This document shows, piece by piece, positions 1-9,062 of a stretch of 64,000 nucleotides of DNA (its first letter is position 1; the number at the start of each line of letters is the position of its first letter). The translations under genes and the position numbers were made by a program. The stretch spans positions 3,886-67,885 of the forward strand of contig CAWDXD010000050.1 in assembly GCA_963806145.1 (NCBI GenBank). Direction: 5' to 3'. Under the pieces are notes generated by a model, which had not been told where the DNA came from, searched no databases, and saw only the letters and a program-made list of their open reading frames with translations. This DNA comes from an uncultured Actinomycetes bacterium. GTDB taxonomy: Bacteria; Actinomycetota; Actinomycetes; Streptosporangiales; Streptosporangiaceae.

Positions 1-900
1 GCTGCAACAGCTCGTCATATACGCCTGGCTGGAGTGCCGCTTGCCGACCCGCTTCGCGAGGATGGATCAGATCCGCGGCCTACGCTACCGTCTCCGCAGC
101 GCAGCGCGGACCCGCAGCAAAGTAGAATTCTCCACGCTCGCTACCTATTCTCATCACTTCGTCTGCGGTGCGCTTTCTTCCATTCATGTAGTCAGCAAGA
201 AGCGAAGTTTGTAGCCCCGCTTGCTCTAGGGCCGGTATGCATTCTCCGAGCTTCATTGCCGCACATTCGAAAACGACAACCGGTCTAAAGTTACGAAGGA
301 GCTGAGCGGCACCGCGGAGAACAGCGGCCTCTGCGCCTTCGACGTTGATTTTGATAAATGCTATGGGTACTCCCCGGGGTATGCAGTCGTCAAGTCGGCG
401 CACGTCTACACGGAGCGACTGGACTTCCATCCCGGCTTCCAGGTCAGGTCGTTTCAGCAGACTGCTATACGCAGGATCTTCTGGAAGGTAGTTGAAGTCG
501 GCGACTCCGGTGTGGTCGGAGAGCGCCAACTGCTCCACTGTGACATTAGGAAATTTTTCACATAGGCGCGTGGCAAAGCGGGGAATTGGCTCGAATGCCC
601 AGTGTGATCCCATCGGAGACAGTTTCGTTAGCGATTTGAGAATATGGCCTGCGTTGGCGCCGGCATTGATGCTGTTACCGTCACCTGACAATGCCTTCGC
701 GGCAATCTCGATTGTCTGCCGGTCATAATTGCGCGCCCGGACGACATCGGCCGGGAAGAAAAGTGGAGCTGGAAGATGATCAACATATGCGTAGTAGGCT
801 TCTCTCGCAAACGATTTGAATGGCCTGCCAGTCACCAGCTTTGCCACTCGCTTACGCAATGACACTGTAGCCTTCCTTGACAAGACCGCCTTCCGGTACC
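1..900. other. Low-GC segment (edge of a compositionally foreign region)
   Basis: Hand counts on individual 60-nt lines give about 50-63% GC, against about 70% or more in the rest of the window. It contains only the FkbM-type methyltransferase. Confidence 0.6.
80..883 (-). CDS. FkbM-family SAM-dependent methyltransferase
   Basis: 267-aa ORF. 'IAFIKINVEGAEAAVLRGA' resembles the FkbM/Methyltransf_21 signature (I/LDxLKIDVEGAE). Codon usage is less GC3-biased than in neighbouring genes. Confidence 0.7.
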   Translation of the reverse strand: MSRKATVSLRKRVAKLVTGRPFKSFAREAYYAYVDHLPAPLFFPADVVRARNYDRQTIEIAAKALSGDGNSINAGANAGHILKSLTKLSPMGSHWAFEPIPRFATRLCEKFPNVTVEQLALSDHTGVADFNYLPEDPAYSSLLKRPDLEAGMEVQSLRVDVRRLDDCIPRGVPIAFIKINVEGAEAAVLRGAAQLLRNFRPVVVFECAAMKLGECIPALEQAGLQTSLLADYMNGRKRTADEVMRIGSERGEFYFAAGPRCAAETVA

Positions 901-1128
901 ACTCATTCTAGCGATCCTTGGTTAGAACATGCGGGATTATTGAGCGAATCTTGGGGCATGTTTCCGTCGAACACGCTGGTCGAGCGGTGAAACGGCGCAA
1001 TCTGGCAGGTCGTGCCCAGCCCAGCCCGAACCCCGAAGGCGGCGGAGAGCACGATGTTCGCCGCGGCCGTGCGGCTGAACTGCAAGGTACCGTGAGCCGT
1101 TCATCGCAAGCCACAGCACCAACGGCTC

Positions 1129-1172
1129 CGGCTCGTGCAACCTGGCCAACCGGCTCGTGCAACCTGGCCAAG
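1129..1172. repeat. 22-bp direct tandem repeat x2 (cggctcgtgcaacctggccaa[c/g])
   Basis: Read directly from the sequence: 1129-1150 and 1151-1172 are identical except for the last base. It lies in a ~500-nt stretch with no convincing ORF. Confidence 0.9.
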
Positions 1173-1388
1173 CCGTAGGAGGTACGCGGTGGTTCGATTG
1201 CCCGCATCTATCATCAGGACTGGCGGATTGAAAAGACCCGCTGGCGGACGCCGCGTTCCGGCTCGGCCTCTCCGAGCTGAACCTGGCCTGGCCCTGACGG
1301 CGTCTGCCGGGATCGCCTGGCGGCGGGCCCGGGCCGGTGCCACCGGCGCGGAGGGCCCGCGCGCTCATGTCTTCGTGACGGAGCATTC

Positions 1389-2094
1389 GTGACAACCAAC
1401 GCAGAAACGATCCTCGCCAGCCTGAACAGCCACTGCGGGCGCCGCGCGGACGGCCGGCCCTACGACCTGGAGGCCGCCTGCCGCCAGTTCAAGGCGGACA
1501 TCATCGTCCTGCAGGAGGTGTGGCGCCCGCACAGCGGGCCGGATCCGGTCGCCGATATCGCCGCGGCGCTCGGAACCGAGCTGCTCAGAGCCAATCTGGT
1601 GGACGACACGGACCTGCGCAGCTTCGGCATCGCGGACGAAACGGCACGCGGCCAGTGGGGGCTGGCGACGCTCACCTCGGTGCCGGTCACCGGGTATGAG
1701 GTGGTGGACCTCGGCCGCATCGCCGGCGACACCACGCCCCGGGCGGCTCAGCTCGTCACGATGGAACTGCCGGGCGGTGGCCGGTTGCGCATCGCGAACA
1801 CGCATCTGACCTCACCGGCTGCTCAGCCCGGTCCAGTTGCTGCGCCTGGTCCGGCACCTGGCCACCGACGACATCCCGACCGTGATCGTCGGGGATCTCA
1901 ACATGCCGGCGCCGCTCACCGGGCTCGCGGCCGGTTACGCCCCGGCGGTCAGCGGGCGCACGTTCCCGGCGCACCGGCCGCTGCTGCAACTCGACCACAT
2001 TCTCACCAGCCGCCGGGTCGCCCGCTGCGGCGGCGAGGTCCTCCCGCCGGCCGGCTCGGATCATCTTGGCGTCCGGGCCCGGCTGCGCCTGTAG
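1389..2094 (+). pseudogene. Endonuclease/exonuclease/phosphatase (EEP) family protein, interrupted by a 1-nt frameshift near 1806-1812
   Basis: The N-terminal part is in the frame of ORF 1389 ('DIIVLQEVW', '...LRIANTHLT'). The C-terminal part is in the frame of ORF 1837 ('VIVGDLNMP', 'LDHILTS', 'GSDHLGV'). Reading 'cct cac cgg ctg ctc agc ccg gtc cag' across 1810 joins the two halves. Confidence 0.7.
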
Positions 2095-2174
2095 ATAAAG
2101 GACGAACCATGCAATACGCAAGGCCCGGCCAGACTCGTGGCATCGCCGAGGCCATTTCAGACCGGGGCCGGAAG

Positions 2175-2926
2175 TCAAGTCCGCAGGTAGGAGGCACCGT
2201 TGAGGTCGAGGACAGCGCCGCTGGCCCATTCCGCCTCCGGTGAGGCGAGGTAGACCACCGCCGCGGCGATCTCGGCCGGCCGCGCCACCCGGCCGAACGG
2301 GCTCTGCGCCCGGAGCGCGTCCCCGTCCGGGCCGGCCAGGTGGCGGCGGCCATGTCGGTCTCCACGTACCCGGGCGCCACCGAGGCCACCGCGATGCCGT
2401 GCGGGGCCAGGGCCCGGGCCAGCGACTGGCCGAACGCGTTCAGCCCGGCCTTGCTCGCCCCGTAGGCAGGCTGGCCGGGCTCGCCCCGGAACGCGCCGCG
2501 GGAGGACACGTTGACGATCCGCCCGCCGCCCCCGGCGATCATGTGCTGGACCGCGCACCAGGTCACGTTGGCCGCGCCGATCAGGTTGACGCCGAGCGTC
2601 GCCCGCCACGCCGCCTGCCACTCGGCGTAGGACACCGTGGTGATCGGGTGCGGGATGTAGATCCCCGCGTTGTTCACCAGGACGTCGAGGCCGCCCAGCG
2701 CCGCAGCGGCGGCATCGACAGCCCGGCGCACCGCGTCCGGGTCGGCCAGGTCCGCCTGCACCACGGTGTGCCCGCTGCCGGGCAGCCCGGCCAGGACGTC
2801 CGCGGCGAGGGCCGCCGAGTCGCGGTGGTGGATCGCCACCCGGTCGCCGAGCTCCGCGAAGGCCACCGCGATGGCCCGCCCGATCCCCCGGGACGCCCCG
2901 GTCACCAGCACCGCTCGTTCGCTCAC
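2175..2926 (-). pseudogene. SDR-family oxidoreductase (FabG-like), with a frameshift near 2340
   Basis: 'VLVTGASRGIGRAIA', 'NNAG' and 'YGASKAGL' are in ORF 2003..2926. The expected C-terminus '...HLAGPDGDALRAQSPFGRVARPAEIAAAVVYLASPEAEWASGAVLDLNGASYLRT' is in ORF 2175..2621. The two frames join if GCCGCCGCCACCTGG had one more C. Confidence 0.75.
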
Positions 2927-3024
2927 CCCCAGACCCTATCCACAGCTCACCCGGTGAACACTCAGCCGAAAACCACGCGGCGTCGTTGTCAGCGCCTCAC
3001 CCGCGCAGCGAAGGCACTACGACC

Positions 3025-3195
3025 ATGGTGCGCATGTCGCCGTGCACGCTGTTCGGCGCCAGCAAGAAGCGCGGCTCGCTGCGCATACACAAGACCACCG
3101 CCGTCGACATCGGGGGCTACGCGATCCTGGCCGTCCTCGTGGTGGGCGCGCTCGTCCTCAACCACCTTGGCATTGGTGCCCGCTACTACGGATGA
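3025..3195 (+). CDS. Small (56-aa) predicted membrane protein
   Basis: ATG at 3025 within ORF 2986..3195. Third codon positions are very strongly G/C. There is one hydrophobic helix, 'IGGYAILAVLVVGALVLNHL'. No family was recognised. Confidence 0.4.
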   Translation: MVRMSPCTLFGASKKRGSLRIHKTTAVDIGGYAILAVLVVGALVLNHLGIGARYYG

Positions 3196-3285
3196 AAGGA
3201 GCGCTGCCCGTACCCCGCGGTCGACCGGACAAGCCGCCAGGCGCGACCGGCCCGCATCGACACCCGCACCACGCGAGGAGGCCCG

Positions 3286-3964
3286 ATGCGCTTCGACGCA
3301 GTCCTGTTCGACAACGGTGGCACGCTGACCCACCGCAGCTCTCCGGTGGCCATGGTCCGTTCGCTAGCCGCCCGGCTGGGCGTGGACATCTCCGAGGAGG
3401 AGGCGGCCAGGCACTGGCGCCGGTCCCGGGAGCACAGCCGGTCGCTGATGGCCGAGAAACGGCTCCGCCGTAACCTGTCCCGGGCCGACCACCGCGAGGC
3501 CTACGTGGCCGGCTGACGCGCCGTTCGAGGAGATCGCGCCGGGCCTGGCTGAGTTGATGTACGGCGAGTGGAAGACCAGCCCGCTGACCATGGTCCCCTA
3601 CCCGGACACCCCGGCCGTGCTGAAGGCGTTCAGCAGCGCGGGCCTGCCCATCGGGATCGTCAGCAACACCGGCTGCAGCATCGACCGCGGCTACGCGGCG
3701 ACCGGCCTGGACGCGTTCATCGGCACGTTCGTGCTGTCCTGTGACCTGGGCATCGCCAAGCCCGCGCCGGAGCCGTTCCTGACCGCCTGCGAGCGGCTCG
3801 GCGTGTCCCCCGAGCGGACCCTCATGGTCGGCAATAACCGGGTCGCCGACTCCGGCTCGATCTGCGTCGGCTGCCACTGCCTGATCCTGCCGCCGGTACC
3901 GCCGGGCGCCACCAGGGGCCTGCGCGCCGCCGCCGACATGGCCGGCCTGCCCTGGCCGGAGTAG
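3286..3964 (+). pseudogene. HAD-superfamily hydrolase, with a frameshift near 3510
   Basis: The N-terminal piece 3286..3516 carries motif I ('AVLFDNGGTL'). The C-terminal piece (ORF 3554..3964, frame readable from 3512 as 'ADAPFEEIAPGLAELMYGEW') carries 'IGIVSNT' and 'MVGNN'. The two pieces are in different frames. Confidence 0.7.
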
Positions 3965-3980
3965 CGGGCCGCCCTCCTGG

Positions 3981-4202
3981 TCAGGCCCGGCCGGCCGCGC
4001 CGCCCCGGACGGTGCGGGTGAACTCGCGCCACTCGCCCGGGGTGAACAGCAGGGCGGGCCCGGCGGGGTTCTTACCGTCGCGCAGCGCGACGAGGCTGCC
4101 GCTGTCTTCGGTGGCACCGGGGATGATCGCGACCTCTACGCAAGCCCCGCCGTTCCCGCTGCTGAAGGACGACTTGCGCCAGGCGGCACCGGTCAGGTCC
4201 AT
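3981..4202 (-). CDS. DUF397 domain protein
   Basis: 'WRKSSFSSGNGGACVEVA' is the characteristic DUF397 motif of actinomycetes. Confidence 0.8.
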   Translation of the reverse strand: MDLTGAAWRKSSFSSGNGGACVEVAIIPGATEDSGSLVALRDGKNPAGPALLFTPGEWREFTRTVRGGAAGRA

Positions 4203-4609
4203 CTCTCGATCGCCTTCCTCGCCAGGTCAACGGAGGGCCCGCCGGGGGCAGCGCCTCCGCCTTCAGTATGTCGTAAAGCAACCTGACCCAGGCCCCGCCG
4301 ACCGGCCGGTGAGCGCGCGCTACGCCCCGGCCACGCGGTAGCTGGTGGTCTCGAGCCGGCCACCCGGGCAGGCGCGAGCAGTTGCGCCGCGGCCAGCGCG
4401 GGCCGGGTCTGCTCGGCGAACGCGCGCGCGTCGTCCCCCGAACGCCACACCTCGATCACCCGTGCGCCGGCATCATCGACGCTGGTGATCCGGCTCAGGC
4501 AGCCTTGCGGCAGTTCGCCCGCCGGGCCGGCCTCGCCGAGGGCAGCGGTGAACTGCTCCCGTCCGAACGACTCATCCCACTCGAACTCGACAAGCGTGCA
4601 GAACGGCAT
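4193..4609 (-). CDS. Hypothetical small protein, possibly frameshifted with its true stop near 4320
   Basis: The N-terminal ~85 aa ('MPFCTLVEFEWDES...VIEVWRSGDDARAF') look coding. The tail is low-complexity. An alternative frame gives 'LETTSYRVAGA*' ending at 4320-4322. Confidence 0.35.
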   Translation of the reverse strand: MPFCTLVEFEWDESFGREQFTAALGEAGPAGELPQGCLSRITSVDDAGARVIEVWRSGDDARAFAEQTRPALAAAQLLAPARVAGSRPPATAWPGRSARSPAGRRGLGQVALRHTEGGGAAPGGPSVDLARKAIERWT

Positions 4610-4651
4610 CGCAGTCCTCCTCGTCCGCGCCGGCCATCCCCAAGTATCCAG

Positions 4652-5176
4652 CTAGAAGCGGTGGCTCGTGTGGCTGAAGTCACCCTTGGTAAATGCGAGC
4701 ACCTTGGCGGGCTGCACCGAGAACACTCCGACCGGCTCGGTGCTCCCCCGGTCGTAGAAGAACCCGTCGCGCACCTGGTACTGCCAGCGCCCGTCCCACT
4801 TCGCCGTCCACGCGGCGGCCAGGCGCCGGAGCGTTTCATCGTCGGTGACCTGGACCGCGTCGCCCTCGACCACCACGTCCAGGCCTTGATCCCAGCCGTT
4901 GCACCCGGTGCTCAGGATCACGTGCCGGTTGCCGCGCAGGTTGACGGCCTTCTGTTCCCCCGTGCCGGTGCAAAAGTGCAACGCCCCGTCGGACCAGACG
5001 GCGACGAGCGGTGTCATGTGCGGCCGCCCGTCCGCCCGGACCGTGGTGACCCAGAACAGCTCGGCCTGCTCCAGGGCCTGGCGGGTCTGGTCCCATCCGG
5101 TGGCGGCCGCGTCCGGGTCGCTGAATCGCTGGTCCAGGCTGGTTACCGGGGTTGTCACGGCGGTACCTCTTTCCAT
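4652..5176 (-). CDS. Pyridoxamine 5'-phosphate oxidase (PPOX) family protein
   Basis: 'ELFWVTTVRADGRPHMTPLVAVWSDGALHFCTG' is typical of the PPOX / general-stress-protein-26 fold. Confidence 0.7.
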   Translation of the reverse strand: MERGTAVTTPVTSLDQRFSDPDAAATGWDQTRQALEQAELFWVTTVRADGRPHMTPLVAVWSDGALHFCTGTGEQKAVNLRGNRHVILSTGCNGWDQGLDVVVEGDAVQVTDDETLRRLAAAWTAKWDGRWQYQVRDGFFYDRGSTEPVGVFSVQPAKVLAFTKGDFSHTSHRF

Positions 5177-5281
5177 CGTCGGTCGGCACGGGCCGCCACT
5201 GGCATGGCGGCTCCCTCAGGATGAGACCGCCCGGAGCGCGCCGGATCATCGCCCGCCTGGGCAGCGGCAGAATCCGGGTGG

Positions 5282-6055
5282 TCAGCGGCTGATGCTCGCG
5301 TTCTGGTCCGCCGGGCGGCGCGCGGCGACCAGGGTGGCCGGTGTCAGGCCGGCCAGGCTGGCGCACTCCCTGGTGAGGTGCGCCTGGTCGGCGTAACCCA
5401 GCCGGGCCGCGGCGGAGGCCAGGTCACCGCCGGGTGCCCCGGCGTCGGCCCAGGCCACGAAGCGGCGGAACCGGAGCACCCGGCGCAGCGTGGCGGGCCC
5501 GTAGCCGACGGCGGCCTGGCAGCGACGCCGCAACTGGCGCTCGCTGATCTCCAGCCGCTCGGCGACGCCCTCCGCCCGCGTGCCCGGGCGCCGCAGCATC
5601 CTGGCCGCGTGCGCGGCCAGCGGGTCGGCGGGCCCCTCGGCGGTCATCGCCCCGGCCATCCGGGCCAGCACCGCGAGCGCCTGCGCCGGGCCCAGCGATC
5701 CAGGCAGCGCGCGGGCCAGCTCCGTGCCCGGCCGGGTGCCCAGGTCGGCGGCGTCCACCCGCTGGTTCAGCAGTTCCGACATGGGCAGCCCCAGCGCGGG
5801 CCCGGCCGCGCCCGGCGCGAACCGCACCGCCGCGAAGACCGTGCCGGCAGGCGTCACCGAGGGAACCGGCCCGATGTCCGGGCCGGCCACGAAAAGCCCG
5901 TGGCCCTGCTCCCAGATGAGATCCACGCAGGCGTCCGGCAGCACCGCGGCGACCGCGTCGGCCCCGGGCCCGACGACCCGCGCCCACAGGCATGCCACCG
6001 ACGGGAGCAGGCCCGCCGGGGGCGGCTGCTCCCGGTAGCCCGGGCGCCAGTCCAT
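5282..6055 (-). CDS. AraC-family transcriptional regulator
   Basis: C-terminal HTH: 'LEISERQLRRRCQAAVGYGPATLRRVLRFRRF ... LGYADQAHLTRECASLAGLTP'. Confidence 0.8.
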   Translation of the reverse strand: MDWRPGYREQPPPAGLLPSVACLWARVVGPGADAVAAVLPDACVDLIWEQGHGLFVAGPDIGPVPSVTPAGTVFAAVRFAPGAAGPALGLPMSELLNQRVDAADLGTRPGTELARALPGSLGPAQALAVLARMAGAMTAEGPADPLAAHAARMLRRPGTRAEGVAERLEISERQLRRRCQAAVGYGPATLRRVLRFRRFVAWADAGAPGGDLASAAARLGYADQAHLTRECASLAGLTPATLVAARRPADQNASISR

Positions 6056-6128
6056 AGGAACCAGTCTCGCACCGGGCTGTCCGTTTAGTTCAAGACGACG
6101 GGACCGGCGCCATGGTCAGCTAGGGCAC

Positions 6129-7028
6129 ATGACCTCACCTGATATCGAAGCGGCGGAGCAGTTCCTGGCCGCCAGCGCCCGCGTGCTCGAGCGCCGGAGA
6201 TTCGAGCGCCTGTTCGGTAGCGGCGACGCCGGCCCGGTCCGCGACGCCGTTGCCGCCTACCGCAACCCCGACGGCGGGTTCGGCCACGCACTGGAGCCCG
6301 ACGGCCGCGGCCCAGGCAGCCAGCCACTGGCCATCGACTTCGCGCTCCGGGTCCTGCTGGAGGCCGGAGCGTGGGACACCGCGCTGGCCGGCGGCGCCTG
6401 CGGGTGGCTCGCCGCCCACGCCCCGCCCGGGGGCGGCGCGGTGTTCGTGGACCCGTCGATCGTGGGCTGGCCGCACGCGCCGTGGTGGGTGCCCGAGGAG
6501 GGCAGCCCGGCGTCGCCGATCTGCACCGGGCTGCTGGCGGGGACGCTGCACGCGGCGGCGGCCGTGACGGGGGATGGGGAGGTGGGCGGGGGCCCGGCGC
6601 ACCCGTGGCTGAGCCAGGCCACCGAGCTGCTCTGGTCCCGGATCGACGCGCTGTCCGACGCCAGCCCTTACGACATGCGCGCCCTGTTCTGGTTCCTTGA
6701 GCACGTGCCGGACCGGGACCGGGCCCGCGCGGCGATGGAAAAGATCGGGCCGATGATCTTCGATGCCGGCATGGTGGCGCTCGACCCGGAAACCCCGGGC
6801 GAGGTGCACTTCCCGCTGGACTTTGCGCCGCTGCCCGGCTCGCTGGCCCGCAGCCTGTTCGATCAGCAGGTGATCGACGCCGGCCTGGATCACCTGGCTG
6901 CGGCGCAGCAGCCCGACGGGAGCTGGACGTTCAACTGGATGGCCTGGTCACCAGCGGCGGAGCGGGAGTGGCGCGGGCACATGACCGTGGAGGCGCTGCG
7001 CCTGCTGCGCGCCAACGGCCGCTGCTGA
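6129..7028 (+). CDS. Hypothetical protein with prenyltransferase/terpene-cyclase-like alpha-alpha toroid repeats
   Basis: 'AYRNPDGGFGHALEPD' and 'AQQPDGSWTFNW' resemble the repeat motif of that fold. It is divergent from the AraC gene. Confidence 0.45.
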   Translation: MTSPDIEAAEQFLAASARVLERRRFERLFGSGDAGPVRDAVAAYRNPDGGFGHALEPDGRGPGSQPLAIDFALRVLLEAGAWDTALAGGACGWLAAHAPPGGGAVFVDPSIVGWPHAPWWVPEEGSPASPICTGLLAGTLHAAAAVTGDGEVGGGPAHPWLSQATELLWSRIDALSDASPYDMRALFWFLEHVPDRDRARAAMEKIGPMIFDAGMVALDPETPGEVHFPLDFAPLPGSLARSLFDQQVIDAGLDHLAAAQQPDGSWTFNWMAWSPAAEREWRGHMTVEALRLLRANGRC

Positions 7029-7053
7029 CCGCGCCGTCCAGGCCACCGGGGGG

Positions 7054-7078
7054 CCAGGGGGGTCGCTCCCCCGTGCTA
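7054..7078. repeat. Degenerate half-copy (hairpin 1 only) of the interspersed 76-bp repeat
   Basis: 'ccaggggggtcgctcccccgtgcta' compares with 'ccaggggggtcgcccccccgggcta' in the copy at 25514-25543. Confidence 0.4.
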
Positions 7079-7089
7079 CACGGTCCATC

Positions 7090-7749
7090 ATGGGTGCCAT
7101 GTCCTGGCAGGAACTGGCCGACCTTCCGTTCGCCGCGGCACTGCGGGCCCACCGGGGCGCGTTGCGGCCACGCGGTGACTACGACTGCGACCACTTCGAC
7201 AAGGCCGCATTCGACGACGCCAGCGCCCCGGACAGCCGCTTCCTTGAGTGCGCCTTCACCGGGGTGTCGTTCACCGGCGGCGCACTGCGGCAGGCCCGGT
7301 TCTCCTCGGTCTGGCTGCGCGACGTCGCCTTCACCGGGACCAGCCTGGCCGAGACCGAGTGGACCGACGCGGTGCTCATCTCCACCGCGGCGGCGGGCGT
7401 GGAGGCGTTCGGCGCCCGGCTGCACCGGGTGAGGCTGCACGGATGCAAGCTCGACTCGGTGAACTTCCGGGGCGCCGAGCTGACCGAGGTGACCTTCGAC
7501 AACTGCCTGCTGCGCGACGTGGACTTCACCGGGGCCACGCTTACCCGCACCACGTTCAGCGGCTCCCGGCTGGCCACGACCACCTTCACCCGGACCACGC
7601 TGGACCAGGTGGATCTGCGCGGGGCGGCGGAGCTGGGGCTCGTCATCGACGCGACCTCGTTGCGCGGTGCCATCGTGACGCCCGCGCAGCTCACCGCCAT
7701 GGCGCCGGTGCTCGCCGAGACCCTGGGCATCGTCGTGGCCGACGGCTGA
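7090..7749 (+). CDS. Pentapeptide-repeat protein
   Basis: Long runs of A(D/N)LXX-type pentapeptides, for example 'CAFTGVSFTGGALRQARFSSVWLRDVAFTGTSLAETEW'. Confidence 0.85.
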   Translation: MGAMSWQELADLPFAAALRAHRGALRPRGDYDCDHFDKAAFDDASAPDSRFLECAFTGVSFTGGALRQARFSSVWLRDVAFTGTSLAETEWTDAVLISTAAAGVEAFGARLHRVRLHGCKLDSVNFRGAELTEVTFDNCLLRDVDFTGATLTRTTFSGSRLATTTFTRTTLDQVDLRGAAELGLVIDATSLRGAIVTPAQLTAMAPVLAETLGIVVADG

Positions 7750-7800
7750 CTGCCCGGCGGGATTCCGCCGGCGGCGCAACTACCAGCTCCGCGCGCAAAA

Positions 7801-7837
7801 CACCCCGGCCGCCGTCGGCGTGACGGCGGCCGGGGTG
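7801..7837. terminator. Bidirectional intrinsic-terminator-like hairpin
   Basis: Perfect 15-bp stem caccccggccgccgt / acggcggccggggtg with a 7-nt loop. It lies between convergent genes that end at 7749 (+) and 7851 (-). Confidence 0.6.
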
Positions 7838-7850
7838 CTCGTGCCGGTGG

Positions 7851-9062
7851 TTACTGGGCCGGGCCGTTGGCCAGGACCAGCGTCGCCGAGTGGGTCTGGC
7901 CGAACTGGTCGGTCCAGGTGATGCCGACGCGGTTGCCCGGGTGGAACCGCTCCAGGGCCGACTGCAGCCCGGACGGAGACGAGATCCGCTGACCGCCGGC
8001 CGCGACGATCACGTCCCCGCCGGTGATCCCGGCGCGGGCGGCGGGCGTGCCGGGCAGGGCCTGCTCGACCACTGCGCCGGAGCCGGCCGAAGTCCCGTTG
8101 GCCGCGGCCTGGCTCGCGGACTCGACCCCCACGCCCAGCAGCCCGGTGGGGCCGAGGTGGATGGTGGACGATGCCTGGCCCGCCTCGATCTGCCGGGCCA
8201 GCGCGACCGCGTCGTTGATCGGGATCGCGAAGGCCTGGGTGCGCGAGGACGACTGGAACTGGAAGCCGGACGAAGCCGAGGCGGCCGTGTCGATGCCGAT
8301 CACCTTGCCGGTGTTGCTGACCAGCGGGCCGCCGGAGTCACCCGGCTGGATGGGCGCGGTGTGGTGGATCAGCCCGCTTAGCCGCTCCACGGTGCCCGCT
8401 CCCTCGTCGGAGGCCATGATCGACGCGCCGAGGCCGGCGACGTGACCGACGGCGACCGACGGGGTGCCGCCCTTGCCGAGCGCGTTGCCGAGGGCGACGA
8501 CCTTGTTCCCCACCTTCACGGTGGACGAGTCGCCGAGGGCCGCGGTCTGCAGCCCAGAGGCGCCCACGAGCTGGATGACCGCGATGTCGCGGCTCTGGTC
8601 ATAGCCGACGACCTTGGCCGCGTAGGTGCGCCCGTTCCCGATGTCGCGGACCTTGATCGCGGTGGCGCCCTTGATGACGTGGTTGTTGGTGAGAATCTCG
8701 CCCGACGGCGTCAGCACCAGGCCGGTGCCGGCCGACTGGGCCTGCTGCAGGCCGAGGTTGGACACGATGTCCACCAGGCCGGGGTCGGTCTGGGCGGCGA
8801 TCTGGGCGGTGGTCAGTACCGCAGGGTGGGAAGACGCGGTCGCGGTCAGCAGGCCGAAGAATGTGCCAAGGCCCGCCACGACCGCGACGGTGGCCAGGGC
8901 GAAGCGGTGGCGCCAGCGCCGGACCGGGTGGCCCGGGCCCTCGCCTCCCCCGCCGTACCCGTAGGGCCCGCCGGGGCCGGCCGGGCCCTCAGGACCGTGC
9001 CACGGCGACCCGGGCATCTGCCCGGAGTCCGTGTAGGTCGGCGGATCGGAGATCATGGTCAT
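7851..9062 (-). CDS. Trypsin-like serine protease with C-terminal PDZ domain (HtrA/S1C family)
   Basis: There is an N-terminal TM segment. 'TNNHVI' (His), 'DIAVIQL' (Asp) and 'GDSGGPL' (Ser) form the catalytic triad. The PDZ-like tail reads 'GITGGDVIVAAGGQRI'. Confidence 0.85.
   Translation of the reverse strand: MTMISDPPTYTDSGQMPGSPWHGPEGPAGPGGPYGYGGGGEGPGHPVRRWRHRFALATVAVVAGLGTFFGLLTATASSHPAVLTTAQIAAQTDPGLVDIVSNLGLQQAQSAGTGLVLTPSGEILTNNHVIKGATAIKVRDIGNGRTYAAKVVGYDQSRDIAVIQLVGASGLQTAALGDSSTVKVGNKVVALGNALGKGGTPSVAVGHVAGLGASIMASDEGAGTVERLSGLIHHTAPIQPGDSGGPLVSNTGKVIGIDTAASASSGFQFQSSSRTQAFAIPINDAVALARQIEAGQASSTIHLGPTGLLGVGVESASQAAANGTSAGSGAVVEQALPGTPAARAGITGGDVIVAAGGQRISSPSGLQSALERFHPGNRVGITWTDQFGQTHSATLVLANGPAQ

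Noticed and set aside
1186-1205. A functional tRNA gene was suggested by the GGTTCGATT T-loop-like sequence.
   Set aside because: I could not build a cloverleaf. The flanking bases do not form a 5-bp T-stem or a 7-bp acceptor stem, and no anticodon arm is evident. I treat it only as a possible tRNA 3' remnant.
903-1399. Several overlapping 60-152-aa ORFs on both strands in the 900-1390 region.
   Set aside because: They overlap one another, lack GC3 bias and have no recognisable motifs. The region is better described as non-coding or a relic.
1800-1840. Programmed ribosomal frameshifting was considered as an explanation for the split EEP, SDR, HAD and other genes.
   Set aside because: I saw no slippery heptamer or downstream stimulatory structure. 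The shifts are simple 1-nt length changes in short G/C runs in unrelated genes, which fits mutation or sequencing error.
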